Origin: an uncultured Planctomycetia bacterium | GTDB taxonomy: Bacteria; Omnitrophota; Gorgyraeia; Pluralincolimonadales; Pluralincolimonadaceae | NCBI GenBank assembly: GCA_964650515.1 | Contig: CAZYUB010000010.1 | Coordinates: 12,938-76,937 of the forward strand | Length of the DNA: 64,000 nucleotides | Reading direction: 5' to 3' | Shown: positions 30,085-38,486 of the stretch, one piece after another | How positions within the stretch are numbered: position 1 is the stretch's first letter | How the letters are laid out: each line of letters starts with the position of its first letter | The notes under the pieces: model-generated | Seen by the model: the letters and a program-made list of their open reading frames with translations, nothing else | Told to the model about the DNA's origin: nothing | The model's database searches: none | Translations under genes and position numbers: made by a program

Positions 30085-31610
30085 CTTACCGCACCCTTGA
30101 ATTCTTCGACCTTCAGGACGACGCAGGCGGCAAGGAACACCGCGATGCCGGCGGCGACCATCACCGCTACCTTCGCGACCGGGCGCATCATCATATTCGC
30201 GTCAAGCAGGAGTAATACGGCCGCCATGGCCGCTGAGGCCGCCAATACGCGCAGGAACGAATCTATTACCGGCCCCGCGCCGAGATGCCCTATCTTCTTC
30301 CCGAGCATTGAGACAAGCATGAAGAAGTTCGCGATGCTAGCGAGGGATGTGGCCAGAGCGAGGCCCCCGACCTTCAGCGGGAACATCAACGCGACATTCA
30401 ATACGATATTTATCACTAGCGCGGCGGCCGCGGCCTTTACCGGCGTCTTCGTGTCCTTAAGCGAGTAGAACGCCGATACGAGTATCTTGACCCCCGCGTA
30501 AGCGAAAAGCCCTATTGAATAGAACAGCAGCGCGTCCGCGGTTATCCGCGTCGAGTAGCTGTCGAACGAGCCCCTCTCGAAGAGCGCGCGGACAATCGGG
30601 TTGGCTAGCACTATCAGCCCGACGGACGAGGGCACCGTTATGAAGAAGACCGAGCGCAGCGAGAACGAGAGCGTCTGCTTGAACTTCTCTATGTCCTCCT
30701 TCGCGGCGTGTTCCGACATCGTCGGCAGCATCGCCTGCGAGAAAGCGGTCCCGAATATCGCGAGCGGCAGCATCCATAACCTGTTCGAATAATATATGGC
30801 GGCGATCGCCCCCTCGCCGACTATCGACGAGAGCGAAGCGAGTATCGTATTGACGAAGACATTCACCTGGTAGATGCTGGCGCCAATCACGCGCGGGACG
30901 AGCAGCCGTCCGACTTCCGCGGCGCCCGGATGCCTGAACCTGTCGAGCCGGGGGAACGCGAGCCCCCTCGAAGCGAGCTGCGGCACCTGGACCGACAGCT
31001 GCAGCACCCCTCCGGCGAGCACGCCCAACGCGAGGCCCATGACGGGCACCTGCATCACAGGGCAAAGCCATAACGCGGCCGCTATGAAGACGATGTTCCA
31101 GAGCGGCTGGCTGAACGCCGACGCCCCGAATAGTTTGAGCGAGTTCAGGATGCCGGTCGTATAGGCGGTAAGCCCGACAAGGAATATATAAGGGAACATC
31201 CAGCGTGTCAGCTCGACTGTGATGCGGAACTTCTCGGGGTCCTTGACGAAGCCGGGCGCTATCAGCGCGACTATCGCCGGGGTAAAAGCCATGCCGAGCG
31301 CCGTTACCGCGGCAAGGACTACTATCATCACGTTGAGCAGGGCCTGAGCGAGCCCCCAGAACTCCTCCTTGGTCTTCTTGACGGCATAAGAGCTCAAAAC
31401 CGGCACGAAGGCGGCGTTGGCGGCTCCCTCGCCTACGAGGTCGCGGAGCATGTTCGGTATCCTGAAAGCGACGACGAACGCCTGCAGCGGCACCGAGGTG
31501 CCGAATACGGCTGCTATGATTATGTCCCGGACGAAGCCGAGGATACGGCTCGCCGATATGCCGAGGCCGATGATCCCGGCCGATTTTGCCAGCGATTTAT
31601 GAGTTGACAT
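30063..31610 (-). CDS. murJ: lipid II flippase MurJ
   Basis: MviN/MurJ N-terminus (AGIIGLGISASRILGFVRDIIIAAVFGTS) and ~14 TM segments. 515 aa. Confidence 0.85.
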   Translation of the reverse strand: MSTHKSLAKSAGIIGLGISASRILGFVRDIIIAAVFGTSVPLQAFVVAFRIPNMLRDLVGEGAANAAFVPVLSSYAVKKTKEEFWGLAQALLNVMIVVLAAVTALGMAFTPAIVALIAPGFVKDPEKFRITVELTRWMFPYIFLVGLTAYTTGILNSLKLFGASAFSQPLWNIVFIAAALWLCPVMQVPVMGLALGVLAGGVLQLSVQVPQLASRGLAFPRLDRFRHPGAAEVGRLLVPRVIGASIYQVNVFVNTILASLSSIVGEGAIAAIYYSNRLWMLPLAIFGTAFSQAMLPTMSEHAAKEDIEKFKQTLSFSLRSVFFITVPSSVGLIVLANPIVRALFERGSFDSYSTRITADALLFYSIGLFAYAGVKILVSAFYSLKDTKTPVKAAAAALVINIVLNVALMFPLKVGGLALATSLASIANFFMLVSMLGKKIGHLGAGPVIDSFLRVLAASAAMAAVLLLLDANMMMRPVAKVAVMVAAGIAVFLAACVVLKVEEFKGAVRWISRRR

Positions 31611-31632
31611 TTTATGCCTTATATGGTATTTT
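31604..31632 (+). promoter_or_regulatory. putative sigma70 promoter of rpsT (TTGACA-17-TATTTT)
   Basis: TTGACA at 31604-31609 and TATTTT at 31627-31632, with a GGAG RBS at 31653-31656 before the TTG start. Confidence 0.45.
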
Positions 31633-31664
31633 TACATAACCGTAACTTGAAAGGAGAAACACAG

Positions 31665-31928
31665 TTGCCAAATCTACCAAATGCCGCAAAAAGAATACGC
31701 CAGGACAAGAAAAGGCGCGAAAGAAACGACAAAATAGAGTCCGAAATAAAGAACCTCGCGAAGAAGTTCATGATGGCGCTTACCGCCAAGAAGAACGACG
31801 ATGCGAAGAAACTCGGACTTTCTCTCGTATCGAAGCTCGACAGGGCCCGCTCCAAGGGCATCGTCCACAGGAACACCGTGTCGCGCAAGAGAGCCCGCAT
31901 CCTATCCAAGATCGCTAAGATCAGATAG
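31665..31928 (+). CDS. rpsT: 30S ribosomal protein S20
   Basis: Lys/Arg-rich ~87-aa protein (AAKRIRQDKKRRERN...). Probable TTG start at 31665, 9 nt after an AAGGAG RBS. The ATG at 31614 would add an unlikely 17-aa leader. Divergent from holA as in many bacteria. Confidence 0.8.
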   Translation: MPNLPNAAKRIRQDKKRRERNDKIESEIKNLAKKFMMALTAKKNDDAKKLGLSLVSKLDRARSKGIVHRNTVSRKRARILSKIAKIR

Positions 31929-32792
31929 CCGTACCACAAGAGATTCCAGGATAACTTTCTTATCGAGGTCCCTTGTCTTCACGTCGCGGTCTGCCTTCGA
32001 AAGGAGAGCGAAGCATTCTTTTAGCCATTCCGTCGCGCGGGGGGACCGCCCCGCATGCCTGGCCTTGCGCTTCAGCGCCGCTCCGATAGCGCCGATTACG
32101 CTCTCCGGCTTCGTGGAATCCCTTAACAGGCCCGATAACAGCAACAGCGTGCGTGCCTTATTGCCGGCGCACATCGCGTCGGTCATCTCGAAAACGCTCT
32201 CCTCGAGCGACCTTCCGACGAGATTTTCGACGTCCTTCTTATCTATAACCTTCCTGTCTCCTGTATAATTCGCAAGTTTTTCCACGGCCATACGTACATA
32301 CCCGACATCGTTTCCTATCTTTCCGGTCAGCAGGCCTATGGAGTCCTCGCCTATCTGTTTTCCGTAAAGCGACGCCCTCTCGCTTATATAACGCCTGAGG
32401 TCCGCACCCTCAGGGCTTGAGAAATTCTTCACTTTGGCATATCGGGAGAGCTCCGACAGGAATGGGTCGTCCGCGGCTTCTTTAGGGCTCATATCCGCGG
32501 TAATGACGAGGACCGTGCTCTCGAACCCGTTTTTCACGTATTCCGCGACAGGCCCCTTGGCTTCCTTCGGGAGCCGGTCGGCATTTTTTATGATAACGAA
32601 GCGCTTGGGGCTAAGGAAAGGCTGGGTATTGACCGCGTCCTGGAATCCCTGCGGATCGAACTGGTCTGAGTAGAATACGGAAGAATTAAGGTCGGCGTCG
32701 CCGCCGGAGAGGGCCTGTTTCTTGAGTTCTTCGAGGGCTTCCCCTTTAAGTGCGTTCTCTCTTCCTAGGAAAAGATATACTAAACCGGGCAT
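31902..32792 (-). CDS. holA: DNA polymerase III subunit delta
   Basis: ~300-aa protein with delta-subunit N-terminus (VYLFLGRENALKGEALEEL). Position follows lptE and faces rpsT, the conserved leuS-lptE-holA order. Confidence 0.7.
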   Translation of the reverse strand: MPGLVYLFLGRENALKGEALEELKKQALSGGDADLNSSVFYSDQFDPQGFQDAVNTQPFLSPKRFVIIKNADRLPKEAKGPVAEYVKNGFESTVLVITADMSPKEAADDPFLSELSRYAKVKNFSSPEGADLRRYISERASLYGKQIGEDSIGLLTGKIGNDVGYVRMAVEKLANYTGDRKVIDKKDVENLVGRSLEESVFEMTDAMCAGNKARTLLLLSGLLRDSTKPESVIGAIGAALKRKARHAGRSPRATEWLKECFALLSKADRDVKTRDLDKKVILESLVVRLSDLSDLG

Positions 32793-32801
32793 CTGAAGGC
32801 C

Positions 32802-33356
32802 CTACCAATCCTCAACGGTCCTTTCAACGATCCTGTCCGCCAGGTCTTCTACCGCCTCGTTTATCGCAGTATCTTCCGACTTGGCCTTCGGCCCGGTCAG
32901 CGCGTATTCCTGGAAACCGACGAATCCGTTCTCGGTCCAGGCCGTCTTGGCATTGGCCACGTCCTCAAGCGACAAATTCACTATGATATTGGCCCTGTAT
33001 TCCTCGACGTTCTCGCTGCGCTGGTCGTACCTCAGGGGCTGCTTGTCGTAATTTATCAAAGCGCCCGTTAGTATGAGGTCCGCCTGGTCCTCGTCCGAGA
33101 CCACCTTAAGGTAGCCGTCCACCATGAACCTGTTGATCACAGCGTTCGTGACCTTGACCTCCATGCCCGGGCGGTAGAGCCGGTAGGGATTCTTGTCGGA
33201 AAGGTCGGAGCTGATGTTCAGGTCGACTTTGTTCTCGAACGGCTTGACATATATCTTGGTCGCTTTGCTGTACGCGAGAGAGCGCGTCGAATAACCGCAT
33301 CCGGCCACGGATGCCGCGAGGATAAGCGCCGTTAACACCAGGGATATCTTCTTCAT
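32802..33356 (-). CDS. lptE: LPS-assembly lipoprotein LptE-like
   Basis: Lipoprotein signal peptide with lipobox (AASVAGC). 184 aa. Position immediately upstream of holA, as in E. coli leuS-lptE-holA. Confidence 0.55.
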   Translation of the reverse strand: MKKISLVLTALILAASVAGCGYSTRSLAYSKATKIYVKPFENKVDLNISSDLSDKNPYRLYRPGMEVKVTNAVINRFMVDGYLKVVSDEDQADLILTGALINYDKQPLRYDQRSENVEEYRANIIVNLSLEDVANAKTAWTENGFVGFQEYALTGPKAKSEDTAINEAVEDLADRIVERTVEDW

Positions 33357-34309
33357 TTTTTCTTCTTCTTTTCTATTATGTCGAGCCGTTCCTGCGCCTT
33401 CTTGGCGGTAACCGTATCGGGCAAGGTATCGACGATGCTCTTATAGTATACCTCTGCCGCCTTGTACTGCCCCTGGCGCCAGTAGAAATCCGCGATATTA
33501 TAATCGCTCTGCGCCTTCTTCTCCCTCAGCGACTGGCGCATCTTGTCGGCCTCGCCGGTCAGGTTCGATTCCGGGTGGCGCTTCGAAAAATCCTCTATCT
33601 CCTGGAGGGCCGAATCCGTCTCTGACTGGTCATAACTCGGTTTCAGCGACGCCTGCGAAGCGCATAGCCCCACCTGGAAGTTCGCCTCCTCCGCGAGCTC
33701 GCTCTCGGGATGTTCATCGACGAGTTTCTGGAAAGTCAGGCGCGCCTGCTGGAAATCGCCGGCTTTCTTGTAACACTCGCCCATCTTATACAACGCCTGG
33801 TCCGAGAACTTACCGTATGGCGCGTTATCGATGACCTTCTGGTACATTTCTATCGCCCTGTATACCGACGGGAAGGTCGGTATGCCCCAGAGCCGGACCT
33901 TCTCGCCTAGGTAAAATTTGTTCGCGATCTCATACTGCAGCTCCATCATCTCGTCGAGCCGCTTCGAAAAAGGGTATGTCTCTATTGCTTTCTGGTAGGC
34001 GTTGAAGGCCTGCTCGTATTCCTCGAGGCCCTCGTAGGACTTGCCGGCGAAATACTGCCCTTCGGCCGAGAGTTCCGCCTGCGGGTAATAACGCACGAGC
34101 TTCTGGAATTCGTCCGCGGCTTTCTTGAAATCCTTCGAATCGTAGAATTTCATCGCCCAGTCGAACTGTTCCTGCGGCGTGTCTTTCACGGCCCACTTCG
34201 GGTTTATCCAGGTGCCCGTCTGCGGGGTCCATATCCAATAAGCGCCGGCGTATTGCAGAGGCAACAGCGCGGCGACCGCGGTTAATATGATAAAAAAATA
34301 TCTTCTCAT
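33353..34309 (-). CDS. tetratricopeptide-repeat protein (BamD/YfiO-like)
   Basis: Signal peptide followed by multiple TPR-like repeats (YYKKAGDFQQARLTFQKL..., AKKAQERLDIIEKKKKK). No lipobox Cys. Confidence 0.45.
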   Translation of the reverse strand: MRRYFFIILTAVAALLPLQYAGAYWIWTPQTGTWINPKWAVKDTPQEQFDWAMKFYDSKDFKKAADEFQKLVRYYPQAELSAEGQYFAGKSYEGLEEYEQAFNAYQKAIETYPFSKRLDEMMELQYEIANKFYLGEKVRLWGIPTFPSVYRAIEMYQKVIDNAPYGKFSDQALYKMGECYKKAGDFQQARLTFQKLVDEHPESELAEEANFQVGLCASQASLKPSYDQSETDSALQEIEDFSKRHPESNLTGEADKMRQSLREKKAQSDYNIADFYWRQGQYKAAEVYYKSIVDTLPDTVTAKKAQERLDIIEKKKKK

Positions 34310-34339
34310 AGACGTTTCGCCTTCCGGGTTATAGCGGGT

Positions 34340-34702
34340 TTATTGCTTGAGGACGGACCTTTCGACAAAATCACATATGCTGCGCTTGTCTTCATCGGGC
34401 ATATCGACAAATTCGACCCCGACTTCATACTGCTCTCCGTAAGGGCGTTTGCGGACCCATGCCACTTTCGAGACCACCCTGACGGGTTTCGGGACGGATG
34501 GCACCGCTATATCGAGGACTAGCCTCGTAAATACGGAGATGAACTCATTTACGAGCATCCTTATGCCGCCCGTGGAAATATCCCTGGAGATGGCGCTTAT
34601 GACGGAACCGCTGGCCTGGCGTATTCCCCTGTACTGGACCGACATGGCCGTGTTGATCCGCTCGAACTGCCTTCTTTCAGGGAAATCTGACTTAGATTGC
34701 AT
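34340..34702 (-). CDS. PilZ domain protein (putative c-di-GMP receptor)
   Basis: RxxxR (RRQFERI) and D/NxSxGG (DISTGGIRM) PilZ motifs. The start is the internal Met at 34702 with an AGGGGG RBS, avoiding overlap with comEC. Confidence 0.6.
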   Translation of the reverse strand: MQSKSDFPERRQFERINTAMSVQYRGIRQASGSVISAISRDISTGGIRMLVNEFISVFTRLVLDIAVPSVPKPVRVVSKVAWVRKRPYGEQYEVGVEFVDMPDEDKRSICDFVERSVLKQ

Positions 34703-34751
34703 AGAGCGCCCCCTAATCATAAATGATTTTATACCCCGGAAGCACCTTTTG

Positions 34752-37124
34752 TCAACGTGAAATTTTACGGCTACTTTTGAAATTATCCACAATAAGTCCC
34801 TTGCCGTCCGTCGACGCGAACACCGCCCCGTCCTCGTTCGTCCTGTATGCCTTTATGCCCTTGGAACGCATCAGCTCCTGCATCTTTTCCGACGCAGCAC
34901 GCTCCCTTTGGGCCCTGCCCTGCGAGATGACGGCGTATTCCGGCTTTGCGGCCTCGATGGACGCTTCCGCCTCTTCGCTGAGCTTCTGCCCGTGGTGCGG
35001 AAGCATCATCAGGCCGGACCTTGCGGCATCCGGATACTCGAGGAATACCTCCGATATCAAGCCGCTGCCGATATCCCCGCAAAAAAGGAGCCTGCGGCCC
35101 CCGAATCTCATGCCGAGCGCGACGGACTTATCATTTGCGGATACCGTTTTGTCGGGCACCCGTCCGGCGCAAGGGTTAAGGCAGGTGATATCCACGCCTG
35201 CTATGCCGGTTATCGAATCTCCCCGCTTTAATGCATGGCGCGGTATGCGTCGCGCAAAGACGATCCTGTCGAAAGACCTGTACAGCGACGTTCCGGAGCC
35301 GGCGCCGCTCTCGAATATGTTCCTAACCGCGATGCCTTCAAGAACGGCAGACAGGCCTCCGACGTGGTCGGCATCAGGGTGGGTCAGCACTACCGCGTCG
35401 AGCACCTGCACGCCTTTGCTCCTGAGGAATGGCAGCACGACACTCCTGCCGGCATCCCAGTCCTCCCCTCCGCCCGAACCGCCATCTATCAGCATATTGC
35501 CGACGCCGGGAAATTCCACAAATACGGAATCACCGTGGCCCACGTCGAGGAATGTGGCGCGCAGCTCTTTACCCGCGGGCGCGAGCGCGTTCGCCCAAAT
35601 GACGATATTCGCCGTTACGAGCGCCGCGGCGATGATCTTAGCGCCCCTGATCCTGATCTTCTCCCTCCGGGTATAAGCGAGAATAAAAAGATAATACGCG
35701 ATAATTATATAGGCAGGCGGCGCGGGCAGGTAGAAATGGCCCAACGGGGCCTTCGCGAGCAGGCCGTTCGCGTGGAAAAGCGCTTCGCACAGGAACCATA
35801 CGGATGCCGCGAATACATTCCCGACAGCGGGTAGCAAAAAGCCGAAGACAACGAACGGGATGGCAGCCGCGGTTATCGCGAATGAAAGCGGCACCGCGAT
35901 AAGGTTCGAGACGATAGCGACCGGCGTAACTATATTGAAATACGCCAGTATTAGCGGCGCGACTCCCACCCATGCGGCAAGCGATACGGCGCAACCCTGT
36001 ACTACGAAATTCCGCGATTTTATCTTCGGCATGAAATACAGCAGCGATGCCACGGACAAAAACGACAGCTGGAACCCTATATCGAATAACGCGGCGGGAT
36101 CGCAGCCGAGTATTATCACCGCGGCGAGCCCGAGGGAGTTCCATAGCGAAGCGTCCCTTCCGATAAGCAGGCCGGCAAGTATCGCTACGGACATGACAGT
36201 AGCCCTGATCACGGACGGCGTCCCGCCCGTAAGCACCGCGTAAAATATGAGCAGGACTATCGAGGCGCAATAACCCGCTTTCTTCGGTACCCTGAGCATC
36301 CCGAACACCAGCAGCATAAGGAAGGCAATGAGCCCGACGTTAAGCCCGCTTATCGCAAGCAAGTGAACGGTCCCGGTTTTCATGAAATCATCATTGAGCC
36401 CGTCGCCCAGCCCCCGCCTCAGCCCCAGCAGGATCGCGATAAGGAAATCCCCTGAGTCCCCGTCGGGAAGGTTAGCGGATATGAGTTCGCTGATCCTTGC
36501 CCTTGCCCTGTAGGCATAACTGGTTATAGGGTTCTTTTTGCCCGCCCCGGCGGCGATCTCCATATCCCTCGCGTTCGCCGACAACGACGAGAATACGCGG
36601 TGCCTCTCGAGGTATTTCGCGTAATCGAATTCTCCGGGATTGCCCGGCCCCCGGGGTTTCGACAGTTTACCGCGCAGGGACACGATGTCCCCGTAAGAGA
36701 CCCTCTTCTTCGGGCTGCCGGTGACGGAGGCCTTTACTTTACCCGAGACGCGGGCATATATCCCGCCGCGCCGCAATCCATGCGCCTCAAGGATAAAATC
36801 CGTCCTGGGTTCGCCGTAATAAGTCCTCGTTACCGAAGGGTCGTCCGCCACGGTCCCCTCGATAAGGACCTCCTCGGGATGGGAAGGGGTGAATTCACTT
36901 ATATGGCCGGAGGGCAGGATCTGGTTGGCCCCGAAGAGCATGCATCCTATAAAGAAGAACGCCGTGGAAAGCGCCGTAAACGACACCCTGGCCCTCTTAA
37001 TGAGGGCGGCTGATATCGCGAGAAAGAATGCGGCAAGCCCCGCGGAAAATAGTGCGGGGACCCGGATAATGCTTGCTATCCAGATCCCCGCAGACAGGTA
37101 AACCGCTATCCAGGTTAAAGGCAT
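34752..37124 (-). CDS. comEC: DNA internalization competence protein ComEC/Rec2
   Basis: N-terminal TMs, a competence domain, and a C-terminal metallo-beta-lactamase domain (LDVGHGDSVFVEFPG...HPDADHVGG). 790 aa. Confidence 0.85.
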   Translation of the reverse strand: MPLTWIAVYLSAGIWIASIIRVPALFSAGLAAFFLAISAALIKRARVSFTALSTAFFFIGCMLFGANQILPSGHISEFTPSHPEEVLIEGTVADDPSVTRTYYGEPRTDFILEAHGLRRGGIYARVSGKVKASVTGSPKKRVSYGDIVSLRGKLSKPRGPGNPGEFDYAKYLERHRVFSSLSANARDMEIAAGAGKKNPITSYAYRARARISELISANLPDGDSGDFLIAILLGLRRGLGDGLNDDFMKTGTVHLLAISGLNVGLIAFLMLLVFGMLRVPKKAGYCASIVLLIFYAVLTGGTPSVIRATVMSVAILAGLLIGRDASLWNSLGLAAVIILGCDPAALFDIGFQLSFLSVASLLYFMPKIKSRNFVVQGCAVSLAAWVGVAPLILAYFNIVTPVAIVSNLIAVPLSFAITAAAIPFVVFGFLLPAVGNVFAASVWFLCEALFHANGLLAKAPLGHFYLPAPPAYIIIAYYLFILAYTRREKIRIRGAKIIAAALVTANIVIWANALAPAGKELRATFLDVGHGDSVFVEFPGVGNMLIDGGSGGGEDWDAGRSVVLPFLRSKGVQVLDAVVLTHPDADHVGGLSAVLEGIAVRNIFESGAGSGTSLYRSFDRIVFARRIPRHALKRGDSITGIAGVDITCLNPCAGRVPDKTVSANDKSVALGMRFGGRRLLFCGDIGSGLISEVFLEYPDAARSGLMMLPHHGQKLSEEAEASIEAAKPEYAVISQGRAQRERAASEKMQELMRSKGIKAYRTNEDGAVFASTDGKGLIVDNFKSSRKISR

Positions 37125-37130
37125 TCCGGC

Positions 37131-38060
37131 TTACTTTGCCGGGGCTGCCTCGGCCTTAGGCGCAGGCGGCATCAAAAGGTCCTTGTGTATGATGACCTTG
37201 TTCTTGTCTTTCAGGTCCTTGAGTATCTGCTCGAAACGCTCTTTCTGCTTGTCGGCCAACAGCATCTGCTTGAGCTGGTCCTTGACGTCGTCGAAAGAGA
37301 GCAGTTTCTCCGGCTGCTTTTCCGTGACCTTGATGATATGGTATCCGAACTGCGACTTGACGACCCCGCTGACCTGCCCCGCCTGAAGCGCGAAAGCGGC
37401 GTTCTCGAACTCCGGGACCGTCTGCCCCTTGCCGATAAGGCCCAACTCCCCGCCCTTCTCTTTGCTCGGGCAAGTCGACTTCTCCTTGGCTAAAGCCGCG
37501 AAATCGGCGCCGCCGTTGATCTTCGCGAGCAGGTCGTTCGCATCGGCTTCGGTCTCGACCAATATATGCGAGACCTTTATCTTCTCGGATTCCTTGAACT
37601 TGTCCTTGTTCGCCTCGTAATATTTCTTTGCGTCCTCATCGCTGACGACGACCTTATCCTCTATCTCCCTGCGCAGGAACTCCTTGATTATTATCTCTTT
37701 CCTGGCTTCCTCTATCTGCTTCTGCACCGCGGCGTCCTTGTCGAGGTTCAGTTTCGACGCCTCGTTATACAGCAGTTTCTGGTTTATCACGCTCTCCGCG
37801 AACATGTCCTTGTGCGCTTCCGCCATCGGCTGGTACTGTTCGGGGATCTCTTTTATCATCGAGTTTATCTCTTCTATGGTTATCTTCTCGCTGCCTATCT
37901 CTATGACCACCGTGCCGGCTTTTGCCCCGGAAACCCCCGCCGGCTGCGGCTTTCCGGCCTCGGGCGCGGCCGTCTCCGGCTTCGGGGAAGCGCAGCATCC
38001 TGTTAATACAGCCGCGGCGAAAACCGCCAAGATCACGGCAAAATACCTTGTCCTATGCAT
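37131..38060 (-). CDS. PpiC-type peptidyl-prolyl cis-trans isomerase lipoprotein (PrsA/SurA-like foldase)
   Basis: Lipoprotein signal (LTGCCAS). Parvulin domain (VSHILVETEADANDLLAKINGGADFAALAKEKSTCPSKEKGGELG...FGYHIIKV). Confidence 0.75.
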   Translation of the reverse strand: MHRTRYFAVILAVFAAAVLTGCCASPKPETAAPEAGKPQPAGVSGAKAGTVVIEIGSEKITIEEINSMIKEIPEQYQPMAEAHKDMFAESVINQKLLYNEASKLNLDKDAAVQKQIEEARKEIIIKEFLRREIEDKVVVSDEDAKKYYEANKDKFKESEKIKVSHILVETEADANDLLAKINGGADFAALAKEKSTCPSKEKGGELGLIGKGQTVPEFENAAFALQAGQVSGVVKSQFGYHIIKVTEKQPEKLLSFDDVKDQLKQMLLADKQKERFEQILKDLKDKNKVIIHKDLLMPPAPKAEAAPAK

Positions 38061-38132
38061 CTTGTTGCTCCTTTCGTGTTGTTTTATTTTTTGGTCTTAC
38101 GGCAGGGATTGAGTTTACCACAGAACCCACCG

Positions 38133-38486
38133 CTATTCAAGGACGATAAGGTCCTTTATCTTCCCGTATGTCTTCGGCCCGATGCCTTCTACCTTCATAA
38201 TATCTTCCTTGAGCAGGTACAGCCCCTTAGCGTCGCGATAGCTTACTATCTTCTCCGCCGTCTTCGGCCCTATATCCGGCAACGAGGCGATCGTCGCGGC
38301 ATCGTCGGTGTTAATATTTACGCGCACGGCCGCAGGGATCGCGGAACATCCGGCGGCCTTTCCGGCGATCACTTTTAGTTCCGGGCGGGCGATATATGTC
38401 CTGTACACGATGACCGCGAGGCCCAATACGGCGAGCGCCCCAAGGGCGATAAGGACTTTCTTCTCCTGCGCAGTCAGGTCAAGCAA
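38133..38486 (-). CDS. comEA: ComEA-like helix-hairpin-helix DNA-binding protein
   Basis: N-terminal TM plus tandem HhH (VNINTDDAATIASLPDIGPKTAEKIVSYR...VEGIGPKTYGKIKD). 117 aa. Confidence 0.75.
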   Translation of the reverse strand: MLDLTAQEKKVLIALGALAVLGLAVIVYRTYIARPELKVIAGKAAGCSAIPAAVRVNINTDDAATIASLPDIGPKTAEKIVSYRDAKGLYLLKEDIMKVEGIGPKTYGKIKDLIVLE